Of a DNA stretch of 64,000 bases, positions 37,262 through 50,094 are shown one piece after another. This DNA is from Trichodelitschia bisporula (Eukaryota). Position 1 is the first letter of the stretch, and every line of letters begins with the position of its first letter. The stretch is from positions 729,793-793,792 of the forward strand of contig ML996697.1 of NCBI GenBank assembly GCA_010356995.1. Reading direction: 5' to 3'. A program made the translations under genes and the position numbers. Under the pieces are notes generated by a model. The model did not search any database and was not told the DNA's origin. It was given only the letters and a program-made list of their open reading frames with translations.

Positions 37262-38568
37262 TCAGTTGAAGAACTTGGAGTAGGCGGCCTTCTCCTTCTT
37301 ACGACGCTCCGCCGCGCGTTTCTTGATCCCCCCCAACTCCGACTTGACAGCCCCATCGTTCGGCACCAGCTTCTCAGCGGCCTCCAGATCAGCGACCGCC
37401 TCATCCTCCGCCTTCAGATTGTTGTGGGCGAGCGCACGACGGTAGTAGGCCTTTCCGCGCTGTTCATCAGTCGCACCTTCCACACCAAGCGCCTTCGTCG
37501 CCGAGTCTATGGCGTCGTCGTAACGCTTAAGCTTCAGGTTCATGAGCGCTGCGTTGTTATACAGCGTGAAGCGCAGCTTTTGCACTTCAGTGTTGAGCTT
37601 CTCGTCTGCAGACTCCGAATCCAAGAATGCCGTAGCGTAGCGCAGGCCCTTCTCATACTTGGCCAGCGCCAGAGCGAGCTTGCCGTCCTTGAAGGCCGTG
37701 TTGCCCAGATCCTTTGCTATGCCGGTAATCTTCGCAAGCTCCTCCGCAGGCAGCTCTCCCTGGTCCTCGGGGAAGTCGTCGTACGGGTCGCCGGTTGGAT
37801 CGGGAGTCTTCTCCAGCGCCTTATCATAGTCCTCCCCGGTGAGCTCGCCGCAGTCGGCAATGACCACGTCCCGGAAAGGCTTGTCGCCGGAAGCAGTGGG
37901 CAAAGCCTCCATGTTCCGCACCACACTCTTTCCGTTGATCACTTCGCCGAAGACAACGTGCTTGCCATCGAGATGGGGTGTCTTGACCGTAGTAATGAAG
38001 AACTGAGATCCGTTGGTGCCTAAAGATTTAGTAGGTGGCCCCTGAAGAAGAGAACAGAGAGAACCTACCGGGACCGGCATTGGCCATAGACAGCAAGAAG
38101 GGCTTGTCATGCTTGAGCTCAAAGTTCTCGTCGTTGAACTTCTCGCCGTAGATAGACTCGCCGCCCGTGCCGTTGCCCGCCGTGAAATCACCACCCTGAC
38201 ACATGAAATTCTTGATTATCCGGTGGAAGCCAGACCCCTTGTAGTGAAGCAGCTTGCCGCTCTTGCCTTCGCCCTTCTCGCCTGTACTGAGAGCGCGGAA
38301 ATTCTCTGCCGTCTTGGGTACCACTTGATTGCGGTCAGTTTGTGGATGCGCAGGGTCGCGCGGGGTACATACCATCGTTGTACTGTTTCTGTTAGCTCGG
38401 GGTTGTGCACAACAGGGTGAAAGGTACTTACGAGCTCAAAGACTATGCGGCCTCCCGGCTGGTCGCCGATTGTAATGTCGAAAAAGACGCGAGGACGCTC
38501 TGCGTGAAGGTTAGCACTCGTCACTAGAAGGCTGATGGGGCTGCTTTACTCGCAGGTTCTGATGCCAT
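37262..38568 (-). CDS. CPR6: Cyclophilin-40 / PPIase D (cyclophilin + TPR)
   Basis: [48 protein letters not shown] repeats and C-terminal KAAYSKFF. Four introns, including a 10-nt exon at 38373-38382. Confidence 0.96.
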
Positions 38569-39970
38569 GATGGAGTGTGGAAGCTGTCTTTGTGGAGGAA
38601 AGCACAAGAGATCGTGCGAAGTTTAGACGGCGAAAAAGAGTGCTTCAATGTGCAATGTTGTGGTCAGAAGGAACTTGTGTTTCGGTGAAGCTGAAAGAAA
38701 TAGCAACTGCGCCTGGCGAACTGGAACCTTCTGTGGTGCAGGGAAGCTTGGCGGCAGAGGGCTTGTGCTAAGGGCAACGGAGGGGCAGCGGGAAAGGGCG
38801 ACGATGCGGGGTGCTTCATGCAGAATGCGCCTGTACGGAAGGAGAGATTGCCCTTCTCTACTGGTTCTTGCAACATCTCTGACTTGTGCTATCTGTTCTA
38901 CAGCAATCATCAACTACCCGAATGACTCCTAATGCCATTTTTTGAGAAGAATACGTCGTTTCCTGCAGCTTTATCGCCGTCGACATGACTGCAAATATGG
39001 GAGGGCAGAAGTCATCGTCTTTTCCATAAGTCGAAGCTACCCAGGTCATTCTCGCCATGTGCGAGGCAATATATACGGATGTACAAGACTCAAGTACTAC
39101 AGTACACCAATTGCTCAAGGTTCATTCGGGACATCGGAGAGCACCGAGGACTCCGCCTGTTCCACACTGCAATTGCACTCCGATCGATCACCACCTGGTG
39201 TAACCGGCTGCCTTACCGTGCTTACTTTCATCTAGAACTAGGTGCCTCATAGCCAGTAGACTTGACATCCTTCAATCATCCGGCTCCCTAACGCCGATCA
39301 TCTTGAAAGCATCGGGCTGGTCCGTTACTTGCAGCATCTTAAACAGCCCGAAAGCCTTGAAGTGGCAAGCAAATAAGAATCCGGCGAGCTAGATGTGGCG
39401 GGCTAAAACCTGAATGCAGAAATGGAGAACTTGAGGGCGAAGTGGAAGTCCGATGAACGATCCACGCCCGGCAAAAGTGCTCGGTGGGAGTTATGCCCAA
39501 TTACCCCGCACAACCTCGCCGGAGCTAAAATCTTAGGCCGCCTAACCGAACTTCACAAGGCTTAGCTTCTGATATCGCGTCTGACATGATCATCCTCAAA
39601 CAAACGAAACAAGATCACTGAACCCTCCGCCTCAGCATCACGGCCATGTCCATGTCCTCGCATCGACCGGGCATCTCGTTCCTCCCCCAGTCCGAGACCG
39701 TGGACATGGTACCACGCAGCCTCTCATAGGTCAAGTGTTCCGGGAGGCTTGCATGCACGTGATCGGCGCCGGCCTGGGGAGCACCGACCCCATGGGAAGC
39801 CTTAAAGCATGCGCAACCATCTCCTATTAATTCAAAGAGTAAGCTGAGAAGCATAAGGAAGATTGAATCGCTGTGGCAATCGAACCTAACCCTCGTTTCA
39901 CCATCAAACCTCCACCGAAGGAACAACACCCCAATCTACAGCCTCAACCTCAAGCAAAAGGAGAACGATC

Positions 39971-41443
39971 ATGGCCGACGCGGGAGCAAAAGTCGACTTC
40001 GATGTCGTTATCATTGGAGCAGGAATTTCTGGTATCAATCAGGCGTACTGGATGCAAAAGAAGATGCCAGAGCTCAGCTACACCGTCTTGGAAGCTCGCG
40101 ACAACATGGGCGGAACGTGGGACCTTTTTAAGTACCCCGGAATCCGATCGGACTCTGACCTCTACACCTACGGCTTTTCTTGGGCTCCCTGGAACGTGAG
40201 GGGAGCGATTGCCGAAGGTAGTGCTATCACAAAGTACCTGAAAGAGAGCTCCGAAGCGTACGGCATCTCATCCAAGATCCGTTACCGCCACCGCGTCAAA
40301 TCGACGGATTGGTCGTCTGCATCGCAAACATGGGAGGTCAGCGTTGATGCCGACGGCAAGCCGGAGAAAATCGTCTGCCACTTCATCGTATGGTGCACTG
40401 GCTACTACGACTATGAGAAGCCCCTCGACGTGTTCATTCCCGGCATCGAGTCCTTCAAGGGTCCCGTCATCCACCCCCAGTTCTGGCCCGAGGACCTCGA
40501 CTATGAGAACAAGCAAGTCGTTATCATTGGTTCCGGAGCCACGGCCGTTACTCTCCTGCCTAACGTCGCCAAAAAGGCCGCCCATGTCACCATGTTGCAG
40601 CGCTCACCCAGCTACGTGATGAGCCAACCATCTGAGGACGGGATTGAATGGTTCATCCGCACAGTATTTCCGTCATTCATCACATCCAGGCTTATCCGCA
40701 TGAAGTGGCTCTTTATTCCCTGGCTCATCGTCAGCATTGCAAGAATATCTCCAAACACTATCCGCAACCTGATAACTAAGGAGGCCATTGCCCAGCTTCC
40801 ACCCACCATGAAAATTGACCCACACTTCAATCCCAAATACAATCCGTTCGAGCAGCGCGTCTGCTTTTGTCCCGATGGCGACTTCTACAAGGCGCTACGC
40901 GAAGGGAAAGCCAGCGTGGCCACCGGCATCATCGACACGGTCACCCCGAACAGCATCAAGCTCAAGTCCGGCCAGGAGCTGACGCCAGATATTATCGTCA
41001 CGGCAACGGGACTTCGGCTGCAATTAGGAGGCGGCGTACCAATTACCGTCGACAACGAGCCCTACCTCACTGCAGGGAAGTTCTTCTGGAAGTTCGCCCT
41101 CTGCCAGGACCTCCCTAACGCGGCCTTTGTCATCGGCTACGTTGACGCGGCGTGGACGCTCGCCGCCGACACAACGGCGTACATGCTCTGCCGGCTGTGG
41201 AAGCAGATGCGGCGCGAGGACGCGGGCGTAGTGGTCCCTCGTGCGGAGCCGGGGCTCGAGAAGAAAGAGCTGCCGTTTCTCAACCTCACGAGCACGTATG
41301 TCACGAAGGCGAAGGATGTGTTGCCCCGTGCGGCAGATGCGAAGAATTGGCAGCCAAGGACGTATTATCTGCTCGATATGTGGCGAGCGAGGTTTGGCGA
41401 CTTGAAGACGGGGGCGCAGTACATAAAGGGGAGTGTTTGGTAG
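39971..41443 (+). CDS. Flavin-containing / Baeyer-Villiger monooxygenase (EthA-like)
   Basis: Motifs GAGISG, GGTWDLFKYPGIRSDSD, FKGPVIHPQFWP, GSGATA and ATG. Intronless. Confidence 0.93.
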   Translation: MADAGAKVDFDVVIIGAGISGINQAYWMQKKMPELSYTVLEARDNMGGTWDLFKYPGIRSDSDLYTYGFSWAPWNVRGAIAEGSAITKYLKESSEAYGISSKIRYRHRVKSTDWSSASQTWEVSVDADGKPEKIVCHFIVWCTGYYDYEKPLDVFIPGIESFKGPVIHPQFWPEDLDYENKQVVIIGSGATAVTLLPNVAKKAAHVTMLQRSPSYVMSQPSEDGIEWFIRTVFPSFITSRLIRMKWLFIPWLIVSIARISPNTIRNLITKEAIAQLPPTMKIDPHFNPKYNPFEQRVCFCPDGDFYKALREGKASVATGIIDTVTPNSIKLKSGQELTPDIIVTATGLRLQLGGGVPITVDNEPYLTAGKFFWKFALCQDLPNAAFVIGYVDAAWTLAADTTAYMLCRLWKQMRREDAGVVVPRAEPGLEKKELPFLNLTSTYVTKAKDVLPRAADAKNWQPRTYYLLDMWRARFGDLKTGAQYIKGSVW

Positions 41444-42087
41444 GCTGGGGATTTGAGACGGCGCGTGGTCGGATATTCATAGATTGGAATCCTATTGGGT
41501 AGCTCTTGGCTGATGTGTGTTTCTTGATGGTGCTGATGCTTTGGCGTATGTATACCCCGATGCCACTTGAGAATGGAGGTGGGAACGATTGCTGTTACAG
41601 CTAACGGTGAGTCTATCCAGCCTTATCTTTGGGTTGAATCAGACCGCTAACGTACGGTGCAGCACAGATCACCAGACACCCTCACGGAAGCCAGCAATGC
41701 CCTGAGCTGAGTTGATCTCAGGGAAGGAACATTCATACCATTGGAAGGGGAATCCGTACTCTTGGAAGGAGCATCCTCAACCGGGGAAGTAGCTGGGGGG
41801 AGGAATATGAAGGAACCCCACAAGACAACGAGTATATCTTGACATGAGCGGCTCTGGCACTCTCCTCTCTCTTCTCTTCCCTTTCCTGCACTCATGATTT
41901 CACTTCGCACTTTGTTGCCTCTGTACCCGTACGTGTCTGAGCCATTGTCCCATTATGAGCATTGGGGGACATACACTACGTGAGCGTTCAAGCAGAGCAC
42001 GGCGCAGTAACCGGGTGGGTCGGGAATACGACCATATCAGCAGCAGAAGCTTACTCTCTACAGGATATGTACACTTTCCGTAGCTTT

Positions 42088-43519
42088 TTACTTAGCCGCG
42101 AAGGCATAGCCGACCATACCCATAGCCTCCGCCCCCATGGAATGATCCTGCGCTCCCGGACGCCTATTCAACATTAGCCCAGCTCCGTCGACACGCGCAG
42201 TCAAACTTACAGCGGATGTGCAACGAGGTCGTAGTTGCTCTCGAGTTGAACCTTATCCCCCACCTTGATCTCAATTGGCTTATAACAGAACTCATAGTCC
42301 TGGATCGTCGCCCACTCCTTACCGCCCACAACCGTCGTGCTACCCTTCCCGCCATACACGGCCTTGGAGTCGCACACCTCCTGTCCGTTCTTCAACACCC
42401 GCACGTTGATGCCCCCGTCGTGCAGATGCGCGTGGATGTTGTAAATCCACCCATCCATTTTCACGATATATGGCGGGCTGGTCATCGTCGACTTCGCATT
42501 GGCCGGAGGCACTGGACGCAGCATCAGCACTCTCTTCCCCCCCAAGACCAAGGGTGGACTCACTATACCCAACCCCCGCACACCCCGTTGCGCTCATCGC
42601 CCCACTACTGGCATCCTTATAGCCCTCCGGCTTCCCAGGCACATACTCCACATCCGCCGTGATGTACACCACTTGGCTCTCGTTCTTGTAGTTGACCAGC
42701 TCCGTCGTATGCATCACCGTCACATTCGGCGGGATATACAGCCCCGCCTTCAACAAGCTCTGGTCCCGACTCGCATACGTCATCGCCACGCCGTCATCCC
42801 CGGAGCCGAAAATCTGTCCAAACCCGCCACTCTTGGGCGGCTTCGCCTGCTCGACGCTGCGGGCCCCATGGCTATGCCCCCCAGCCATAGCCGCCGGCGC
42901 CGCGCCTCCCTTGGCCCCAAACATGCCCAGCATGCCCATAATCCCGTTATCCGCTGGCAGCGTAATCGGCACGCCATCCTTCGTAACCGTCGGCTTCGCC
43001 CCCGGGGTACACCCAAACGGATTCAGCGCCTGGATCCCCATCCCTCCCACAAACACATGGTGATTATACACCCCAGACGCAATATCTGCCCTGCTCCCAT
43101 TCGCATACGTGACATACGTGCTCCCGCTCAGGAAGTAACAGTCGCTGCACAGGCCTGCCAATTGGCCTGAGATCGGCGTACCGCCCGGGTCGAGGCTGAA
43201 GCCCGTGTGCTTAGCGTTGGCGGCGGGGAGGGTATACGGGCCCCAGCGGATTATTTCGCGCTTTGCGGTGGGAATGAGGAGGGGCGGCAATGCGGATACG
43301 GTGGCTGGTTTGGCGGCGCTGCCTTTGCCGAAGCCGAAGAGACCGGCGAGGGCGCCGAGTCCGCCGGACAGGCCGGCGATTTGGCGCGGTTCTGTGGGGA
43401 GTTAGTTTTGGGGTTTGGGCGGGATATGGGGCGGGCGGCGACGGACCGATGTGGGCCATGGGCACGGCGGCGGCGCTGGCGGCGCTGGCGAGCGCGAGGA
43501 AAGAGAGGACAGACGGCAT
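42088..43519 (-). CDS. Secreted protein with PHM/dopamine-beta-monooxygenase-like (SURNod19-like) motifs, 4 exons
   Basis: Signal peptide MPSVLSFLALASAASAAA. Three GT..AG introns join VYNHHVF, ELVNY, IHAHLHDGG..VCDSKAVYG, YDLVAHPLR and EAMGMV..FAAK*. Confidence 0.75.
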
Positions 43520-43745
43520 GGTGGCGATGGCGGTAGGGACAGCGAGCGCGACGACGCAACACGCACGACTACGCGGAAGACATGTTTATAGAAGGTGCGT
43601 CGTCTTACACGCGCCAATATTTCACTTTGAACTGACCCCGTGCATCAGACAAATGAATCGAACATGGACGAGCCGTTGAGACCGGTAAATTGTGATATAT
43701 CGCCCTGCGCACCATCTGGGCATCGCACTTTTGAAAGATTAGCGA

Positions 43746-43792
43746 TGGCGGCGGGTGCGATCCGTGGCGGCGGGTGCGATCCGTGGCGCGGG
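43746..43792. repeat. 19-bp tandem duplication TGGCGGCGGGTGCGATCCG x2 plus a partial copy
   Basis: Exact direct repeat ~230 bp upstream of the secreted gene. Confidence 0.85.
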
Positions 43793-44218
43793 TTCCGGGG
43801 AAAGGGCCCTATATGAGGGTTGATATTAGGCGGAGAGGGCTGTCCGGGTGGGCTTATTGGTTAGTAGGTTCCCTGGCTCGACGTGCACCGTGGGTTCGAG
43901 AGCCGCGCGCCGTGGGAAGGCCTTTGCCCTGCGATGGGTATTTGGAAGGTTGTTGGGCGAGGAGAGGGAGCTGAACTTTGACGGTGGTGAAGATTGCATC
44001 GGCTGAGGTGGGGTTCTAGAGCGAACTGTTGAGAGGACTCTTTTCTTGTGTGATAAAATGTTTGCGTGATGGCTTTCAGTTTCATGCCATTGACGCGCTC
44101 GATGGGCAAGTGAAAAGAACGGCGGGACCGTGCGATGCTATCTACTTCATCCGCGGAGGTTATCACGTCCTCTGCCTTGCCCCAGTGCCACCTACCGCAC
44201 CACCACACCACCCCGCAT

Positions 44219-46038
44219 CTACCTCACCACACGCTTCGCCTTGACAAGCAGCGGCGGCTTCTGCCACGTCGAGTACGCGCGCATATTCCGCATATTACCT
44301 TCAGGCTCCCACTCTTTCGCCTCGTCTGCGTTCTCCAAATCGAAGTTCCAGACTACGCGCGCGACTACGAGGCGCATTTCTAGGTATGCTAGGCTGCGGG
44401 GGATTAGTCAGAAGGATCATGTGTAGATAGAGAAAGGTGTAGAGATAGGGGAGTGCGTATACGCAGGGGAACATGTATGAATAGGGGAAAGGGTATGAGT
44501 GGGAAAAGCTTACTCCTTGCCGATGCACCCGCGCGGACCCAGGGAAAAGGGTCGTGAAGCCAGTTTCTGGTCGTTGGCGAAGCGCTTGTCGTCCGGCAGC
44601 CAGCGCTCGGGGATGAAGACGTCGGGTTGGAGGAAGTTATCTGGGGAGTGGGCGGCGCACCAGGAGGAGGTGGATACGGCGGTCTAGTATCACGTCAGTG
44701 ATACTCATGGACAATGGGCCTACTCACCCCGCCCGGAATATGATGCCCATCAACCACATCCCCTTCCGACTGTATACTGCGCAGGAACCCAATCGGCGCC
44801 GGCGGAAACATGCGCAGATTCTCCTCCAGACAGGCCGAAAGATAGGGCAGCTCGGACACGGTCGCGAGGCATATCTCGTTTTCTGCCTCAAAGGCGCCGC
44901 GTATTTCGTCCTTTAGTTTTAGGTAGACCTTCGGATAGCGCAGGAGGAAGTTCGTTAGGCTGGCGAGGGAGGAGGCAGTTGTTTCGCTGCCTGCGACGAT
45001 GAAAAGCGCGGCGTTGACGATGACTTCGTCTTGCGATAGGTCGTAGTGTTCGGATTGCTTGAGGATGTAGTGTGTGAAGTCTTTGCGGTCGGTTTTGGTG
45101 TTGATGCGGCTGGGTGGGGTTAGCGGGTGGATACTAGATGGAGAGGGGGACGCACCGCATGACTTTCTCACGGCTGTATGCCAGATGCTCCGCACGCTGC
45201 TGGCGCAACTTCGGGCTGATGAAGCGCTTCATAAGCCACTGCTGCGTGGTACTGCCCGCCGTCGCAAACCGCCTGCTCGCCTGCTCGATCGCGCCTGCCT
45301 TCACGGCGTTGAAGATGAGCTCAATCCACCAGTGATTCTCGCCGACTTCCAGACAGCCGAAGTGTTCTCCGAACGCCAAATCCCCGATAACATCGAAGGT
45401 GACGAAGTTGTACCACTTAACGCAGTCGAACACCTCGCCCGTATCCGCAAACCGCCCAAAATGCCCAATCATCTTGTCCACGAAGCCTGCGACGATGCTT
45501 TCTTGCTCCCACAGAGCCTTCTTGCTGAAACCGTGGCTCAGAGCCTTGCGTTGCCGCGCGTGCGTCTCCCGGTCGGCCATGCTGATGGTCGACACGCCCG
45601 GCATCGGATCCACAGCCCCGACGTGAATCGGGTCCTTGGCCAGATCCGGCCGCCCCGGCTTGTGCCCGTAGATATCGGTCCAAGAGCGCACAGAGTTGAA
45701 GGCAAGCTCATTGGGGGAGAGGCGCACAACGGGGCCATAGCGGTCGTGCAGGAGCTTGGTTTGCATTGGGAGGCGGCCTTGGAGTGTCCATATAACGCCA
45801 GGAAGCTGCAACTCCGATTAGACAGACATCGTGGAGTGCGGGACATGCTTACATCTGAAATGGCGTTGGTCCATGGCCCGGGAAACTTGGAGAGGGGGTG
45901 GAAGTAGAGGCGGTATATTGAAAGGCCAATGATGTATAATGTGATACCCCCGAACAGCACGCCTCCGGTGACGATGAGACGATCGAACAGGCTGCGCTCC
46001 ACGGCTCCGAGAGCTTCGAAGCCAGCCGTTGGAGACAT
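44219..46038 (-). CDS. Cytochrome P450 (CYP65/Tri11-like)
   Basis: Motifs YFHPLSKFPGP, AGSETT, EENLRMFPP, PERW and heme-binding FSLGPRGCIG. Four introns. Confidence 0.93.
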
Positions 46039-47060
46039 GGTTAGGATACCTGCAGCTGATGTCGGGAGTATAATCTTTGTGCAGCAAGATGCTGTGCGGT
46101 CGACGGGTTCGGCGCTGTGAGCCAAACTGAGCAGCTCAACTTTGAGATTCACCTGGGTTCATATCATAGGACGGAAGCCCGTCAGGCTGTTCTTCTCCGC
46201 CAGTCTAATGGCTTTACGGTACCTGCGACAGGGACGAGCCCTGCCATCTCGAGTGCGCCATGCAGCATGCCGTGTGAACCGAAAATGTGGGGACTCGAGA
46301 TGGCGCGATGCGGGGTCTGGGGTAGTAAATCTGGGGGTGGGCTATGGAGAGTGGGGTAGGACATTGACTGATCTAAAACGCCGGAGCTAAAGGATTGTAA
46401 ATGGCAGTTGGCTATTGGTGAGCTTAATCTTCCAAGGCTGATGGCTGGACCTTCGCGAGTTTAAGCTTCGTGAACTAACGCAATGACTCTAACGCAGGCT
46501 TTGAGCGGGGGAAGGGGAAATGGGCCGTGAGTACGCCAGCCTGGATGAACAGGTGACCTTTTCCGTACGAGATATGAACACTGTTGAGAACATGTTAGCC
46601 GAATGGAAGTGATTGGGAGAAGAGACAGCCTGATAGATTCTTGGTAGATGTCGATGTGAGGAATGCTTGCCGTAAACCGGCAGTTGAGGAGCTTCGAGAC
46701 AAGGTAACACCCAGATTCTAATCGGCCCGCGGAGGTAAGATGCCGCCCATGTGCCTTGGAACTAGATCCTTAGCATTGACAAGATGCATTAGTCCTCAAG
46801 TGCGCATGAGGATGAATGCTCGAAGTCAAGTCCCGGACGCACCTTTTCCCATGCCTGTCCAGCCTTGCGACCAATCGGTATTCACTTCCGTCTGGACTCT
46901 TCCCAGCGCCGGAAATCCAACCCCGATCACGAATCTACCGTATACTTGAGTGAAAGAGTAACAGAGGGCGTTTTGTTTGAGGAGAAGAAGAAGAGAATAG
47001 GGAGGAGACATGAATCAAGCCACAATCCTCATCCCATATATTCATAAAGTATCATAGCAC

Positions 47061-49601
47061 CTACGCCCCCCCCTCCGCATCCCTCTTAATCCGAAAAAAA
47101 GCCAACTTCGCAAACCTTCCCAAACTCGCCCAAAAATGCCTCCCAGCCTCATGCACCATAATCCTTTCCAGCAACCTTACAACCGCCATCCTCACCACCG
47201 TATCCTTATGAAAAAGGCCTAAGCTGAGGTAAAACAATCCGCCGCTACTCTCCGGCAGCGCAACCAGCAACTGGTTGATAACATCATACCGCGCCTTCTC
47301 CCTTCTCGCAACCCGAATCTCATGCGTCCGCACCTCCAGCCCACTCGCCCCCGGCCCCGGCCCCGGCTCATCCGCCCCATCCTCCCACTCGGCGCTATCG
47401 GGGTCCAGACCTGCGCGCTCCACCGCCCGTGACATAGCAAGGTATACATCCGCGGCCGCAGCGTCGCCGACGCGCAGTGTTTTCAGCCGCTCGATATGAT
47501 ACCCCAGATCAATCCCCCTTAGCGCATCGCCGCGCTCCCACGCGCGAGCCAGATCGCCAATCAGCGAGAAGTAACTGCGGCTCTGGCGCCAGCCCTCGAT
47601 GCGGCCGACCTGGGCCTGAATATCGCGCATGCGGGACGCTTCGTCGGGCCACACGAGACCGTGGCCCACGACGCCGTAGCCGTAGGCGTCGGCGTCGGTT
47701 TCCGAGGCCCCGATGTGGAGGGCTGAGGCGCCGTAGACGATTTCCTCGAAGGTGGCGGCGATGAGGGTGAAGCGGTGGACCCAGGCGCGGATTTTGGTGC
47801 GGATGACGGCTTCGCCGTGGCGGTTGGTTATGCTGCTTACTATGGATTCCATGAAGGCGTTGTCGCCTGTTGGGTCGTTTTGGTTGGCCGAGCTGGTGTG
47901 CCCGCCGTTGAGACTACTGTCCTTTGAGGCAGCGGACGCACCTGGTCCACCTTGCTGGAAGAACGTCATTCCATCCGTGATGGGGGCTTGTTCGATCTTG
48001 GGAGAGATCTTCATTCTCCCTGTAGGCAGATCACAGAGCAAGTCCCACCATTCCGGTTTGTGTGAGAATGCAGGATTTGTGACGCCAGCGATGAAGCCGG
48101 GGACTTTGAGAAGGTCATCGATCTTGGTAAGATCGGTATAGGGGAAGGCGTGTCGAGTAAAGCCCTTGAGAATCCCCCCTGAGGCTAAAGCGCATGCTGC
48201 GAGGACAGCTTCGGCCACGGAGCCCGAGGGCTGGTTGTGGCCTAAGAAGATAACGCGCTTTTGCGTGAGCAAGGCGTTGATGAGAACGATGATCGGATGC
48301 GTCATCGGCCCAGAAGTCGTCAAATGCGGGTGCAGAGTAAATGCCTGTGGCGAGGTGCTATGCGGTGTGCTGAATGTGCTTATGAGCTTGATGAGAGAAA
48401 AGTCCCCAACAGTTTCCGGTGTTACGGCAACGGGAACTTTGATAGGGACGGGAATGCCGTTATACATGACGCGCGACTCGAATTCATGTGTGTCTCGAGG
48501 AACCTGATATTTCGTGGTGGCGCTTGTCGACGACTGCGAGCCTTGAGAGAGGCGCTGGGCATCTTCTGCCATGCGCTGCTGAATCATTAAGCTAAATTTT
48601 TCAACGAACATGTCCTTCGTGTCGCTTGCTTGGAGGATATGGCGTTCCAAGGGGGTGAGACGGGGCATCAGGGAGAGATCCATCGAATTGACAGCATTAT
48701 AAAGTGATGCGAGCTTTTCGACCATCGGTGCGCGGAAGTACTCCTCCAAAGCAAGTAGCAGAAGGGGCTATCGATATTAATGGTGCACTCTGCAGACCGG
48801 AGCACTCACTTTGTATATGTGAAGAAACGAATGGCGCGTACATATAGCCATTGCCTTGACAATAGCACCTCTATGTTTGTTAACGGTTGCGGCAAGGCAG
48901 CTTGGACAAACATACCGTTTGACACTTTGGTCCTGCTTGGTGTTGACCAGGTTCAGGACATATATCAGCGGAGGCCCCTCCGCGTCGTCGTCGCTCTCTT
49001 CCGACTCATCGTCACCATCATCATCGACCACATCATCTTGTATCTGACCCGTCGCTCCACTCTCTTCTAACTCTTTCCGCCTCCGCCGCCGGCGGCGGCG
49101 CTGGTTTCGTTCCTCCCTCGCTTCATCCTCAGCTGTCGTATCCTTGTGCAGAAAGAAAATCGTCCAGTCCTGGTTCCGCATATGCGCCTGGTCCGGCAGC
49201 ATCAGCTCCGCGAGCATGTTCTCATCCCCAGATATAGGCCCCGGATACTGGTGCTCCATGACCGACCCGCGGTCAATGTCGAATGACGCAACAAGAATGT
49301 ACTCGACATGGTTCTCGGGGGAGTCGGCCGGGTACTGCGAACGCAGCACGGGCCCTTGGTACTCGGTGACTGTTTGCTGCTCTGCGGCTGCCTGCTGCTT
49401 CTGAGAGTCAAGGGAGGAGTGCGCCGACTGCTGTTGCGAGGAGTATGCGGCCTCCTGGGGGAGGTTCTGGGGGAGATTTGTCGCCGACTGCGAGGCCGGA
49501 GCCTGTCGGTTGTAGGGTATCGAATTCGACCGCGAGCGGTTCGACGCAGTGGACGAAGACCGGGCCAGTTGGCCCGCGGGTCGATGGGCAAGGGATGCCA
49601 T
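47061..49601 (-). CDS. mesA: Polarity-axis stabilisation protein MesA/Afi1 (DENN-like, SPA domain)
   Basis: Motifs [49 protein letters not shown] and FIAGVTNP. Two introns at ~48769-48916. Confidence 0.9.
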
Positions 49602-50094
49602 TGACGCTCACCTCATCCTACACCATCGCGGGGTGAAAGGTAGGGGAGGGTATGCAGGGACAGCAGACGAACAGAAGCAATGCGGAAAGACGTGATGGGG
49701 CAAGATCTATGCCATGGGATACGAAGATGCAAGCGGTGAAAGGACAAGACGCAGATATACAACCGAACCGATCTAAAATTCAGAGGTGTGAAATCGCCCA
49801 GCACGCAGTTCAATCTCAAGCCCTTTCGACTTTTAGCTGATTTTGGCGAGTCAGTTCGTCGTCTGAAGGGGCGGGGCGAGAGCGTGTACCACAAGCCAAG
49901 ACCGGAGGATAGCAAGAGGTCTAGGCCATCCCGCCGCCAAGTCCTCCCCCAATTCGCTTCCCCGCGCTGCTTCACGGTCACGTGTGTGCAGCGCCCAAAG
50001 CGGAACACTGTTTACGCTTCGTCATTTTGTTCATCGCCATCAACAACGAAGCCTCAACTCTACGCTCTTCAATCCCCACTCTCGATAGCACATC

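Noticed and set aside
39971..41443. Intronless EthA-like FMO as a recent bacterial transfer
   Set aside because: The family is common in fungi and other native genes here are also intronless; a phylogeny would be needed.
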